Shown here piece by piece: positions 63,170-64,000 of a DNA stretch of 64,000 nucleotides. Origin of the DNA: Chiloscyllium plagiosum (taxonomy: Eukaryota); the NCBI RefSeq assembly GCF_004010195.1, contig NC_057753.1, positions 1,749,930-1,813,929 on the forward strand. Direction: 5' to 3'. The translations under genes and the position numbers were made by a program. The notes under the pieces were generated by a model. That model worked only from the letters and a program-made list of their open reading frames with translations, did not search any database and was not told the DNA's origin. The stretch's first letter is position 1. Each line of letters starts with the position of its first letter.

Positions 63170-63485
63170 GGTTAGAAATAGAATCCCTATAGTGTAGGGT
63201 ACTACTGCGTGGAAGCAGGGCATTCGACCCATCCGCTGCACTCTGACCCTCCAAAGATAGCCCCACCCAGACCAGCCCGCTGACTCAGTCCATTGACTCT
63301 ACATTTGACATAATCAATCTGCCTTACCAGCACATTATTGAGGGGTAGGAGGTAGCCAGATCACACGGAGGATTCCCACGCAGACATGCAAAGAACGTAC
63401 GAACTCCATGTCGACAGTTTCCTCAGATTCCAATTGAACTTGGGTCCGTGACGCTGTTGGACAGCAGTGATACCATTGTGTCCAT
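63170..63485 (-). mobile_element. HE1-like SINE
   Basis: Same family and same downstream flank (ccagtga…) as 9325-9625. Confidence 0.75.
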
Positions 63486-63744
63486 TATCCTCGATTACAT
63501 GAATTCTGCCAAGAAACCAGTGACATCGGACTCCCTACAGTGATTGGAGTTTGATGTCAATCACATCTAGGACTAAACTGCATTCATTCTGACAGTTGGG
63601 AATGATCCTATCCAGTACCTGGGAGAGGATTTATCATTTTATCATGTTTATATGCATGGTCAGATGGAAGCAATGTGCTTGGGTGTAAGCATCAAAATTT
63701 GTCGTTGAAATACAAGGTTAGACTTCGGACTCAATTAAACGATC

Positions 63745-64000
63745 GTGACTCCCACCCACCCTCTGAAGACCACTTCTGCAACATCCAATATATTCTATCC
63801 TCTTGGACACCCTATCCTTGGCTCTTAACATTCCTCAGCATCTTTATCTCCAAATGCCATCGCTACATTGACCACCTCAACCTGTCTATCACTCTCACTC
63901 ACTGCAGCCTCTCAACCTCTAAAGGCACAGACCTACTTTCCCTCCACTCCAACCCTAACCTCATCTTCAAACCAGCTGACAAGGGGGTAACAGTGGTAGC
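63745..64000 (+). mobile_element. Penelope-like element (family 1), N-terminal RT region, runs off the window
   Basis: Ends …LHSNPNLIFKPADKGVTVV, the KPADKG motif that precedes PLE RT. Confidence 0.75.

Overview
Eukaryotic, repeat-rich genomic DNA. The repeat families (CR1/HER1-type LINEs, HE1-type SINEs, Penelope-like elements) and the gene type point to a cartilaginous fish (shark); this is inference. The window is an old tandem array of roughly 20-27 kb units built around a minus-strand, two-exon GPR139/GPR142-like class A GPCR gene. One copy is intact (exon 1 20290-20221, exon 2 18371-17458, 327 aa; the ORF track misses exon 1). One is a multiply disabled pseudogene (47145-47076, 45494-44604). 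A third unit at the window start keeps both flanks but lacks the gene itself, and the right edge predicts a further paralog outside the window. The rest is mostly decayed, often nested retroelements: many CR1 fragments, one 5'-complete CR1 with splice signals in its 5' UTR, two Penelope-like families with minimal hammerhead ribozyme motifs, solo LTRs and SINEs. A 3.7 kb near-identical duplication straddles an assembly gap. I see no convincing wholly new biological system. The most interesting items are the birth-and-death GPCR array, the hammerhead-bearing Penelope tails and their palindromic derivatives, and the CR1 5' UTR splice signals. All alignments were done by eye, and repeat boundaries are approximate unless a target-site duplication (TSD) is given.
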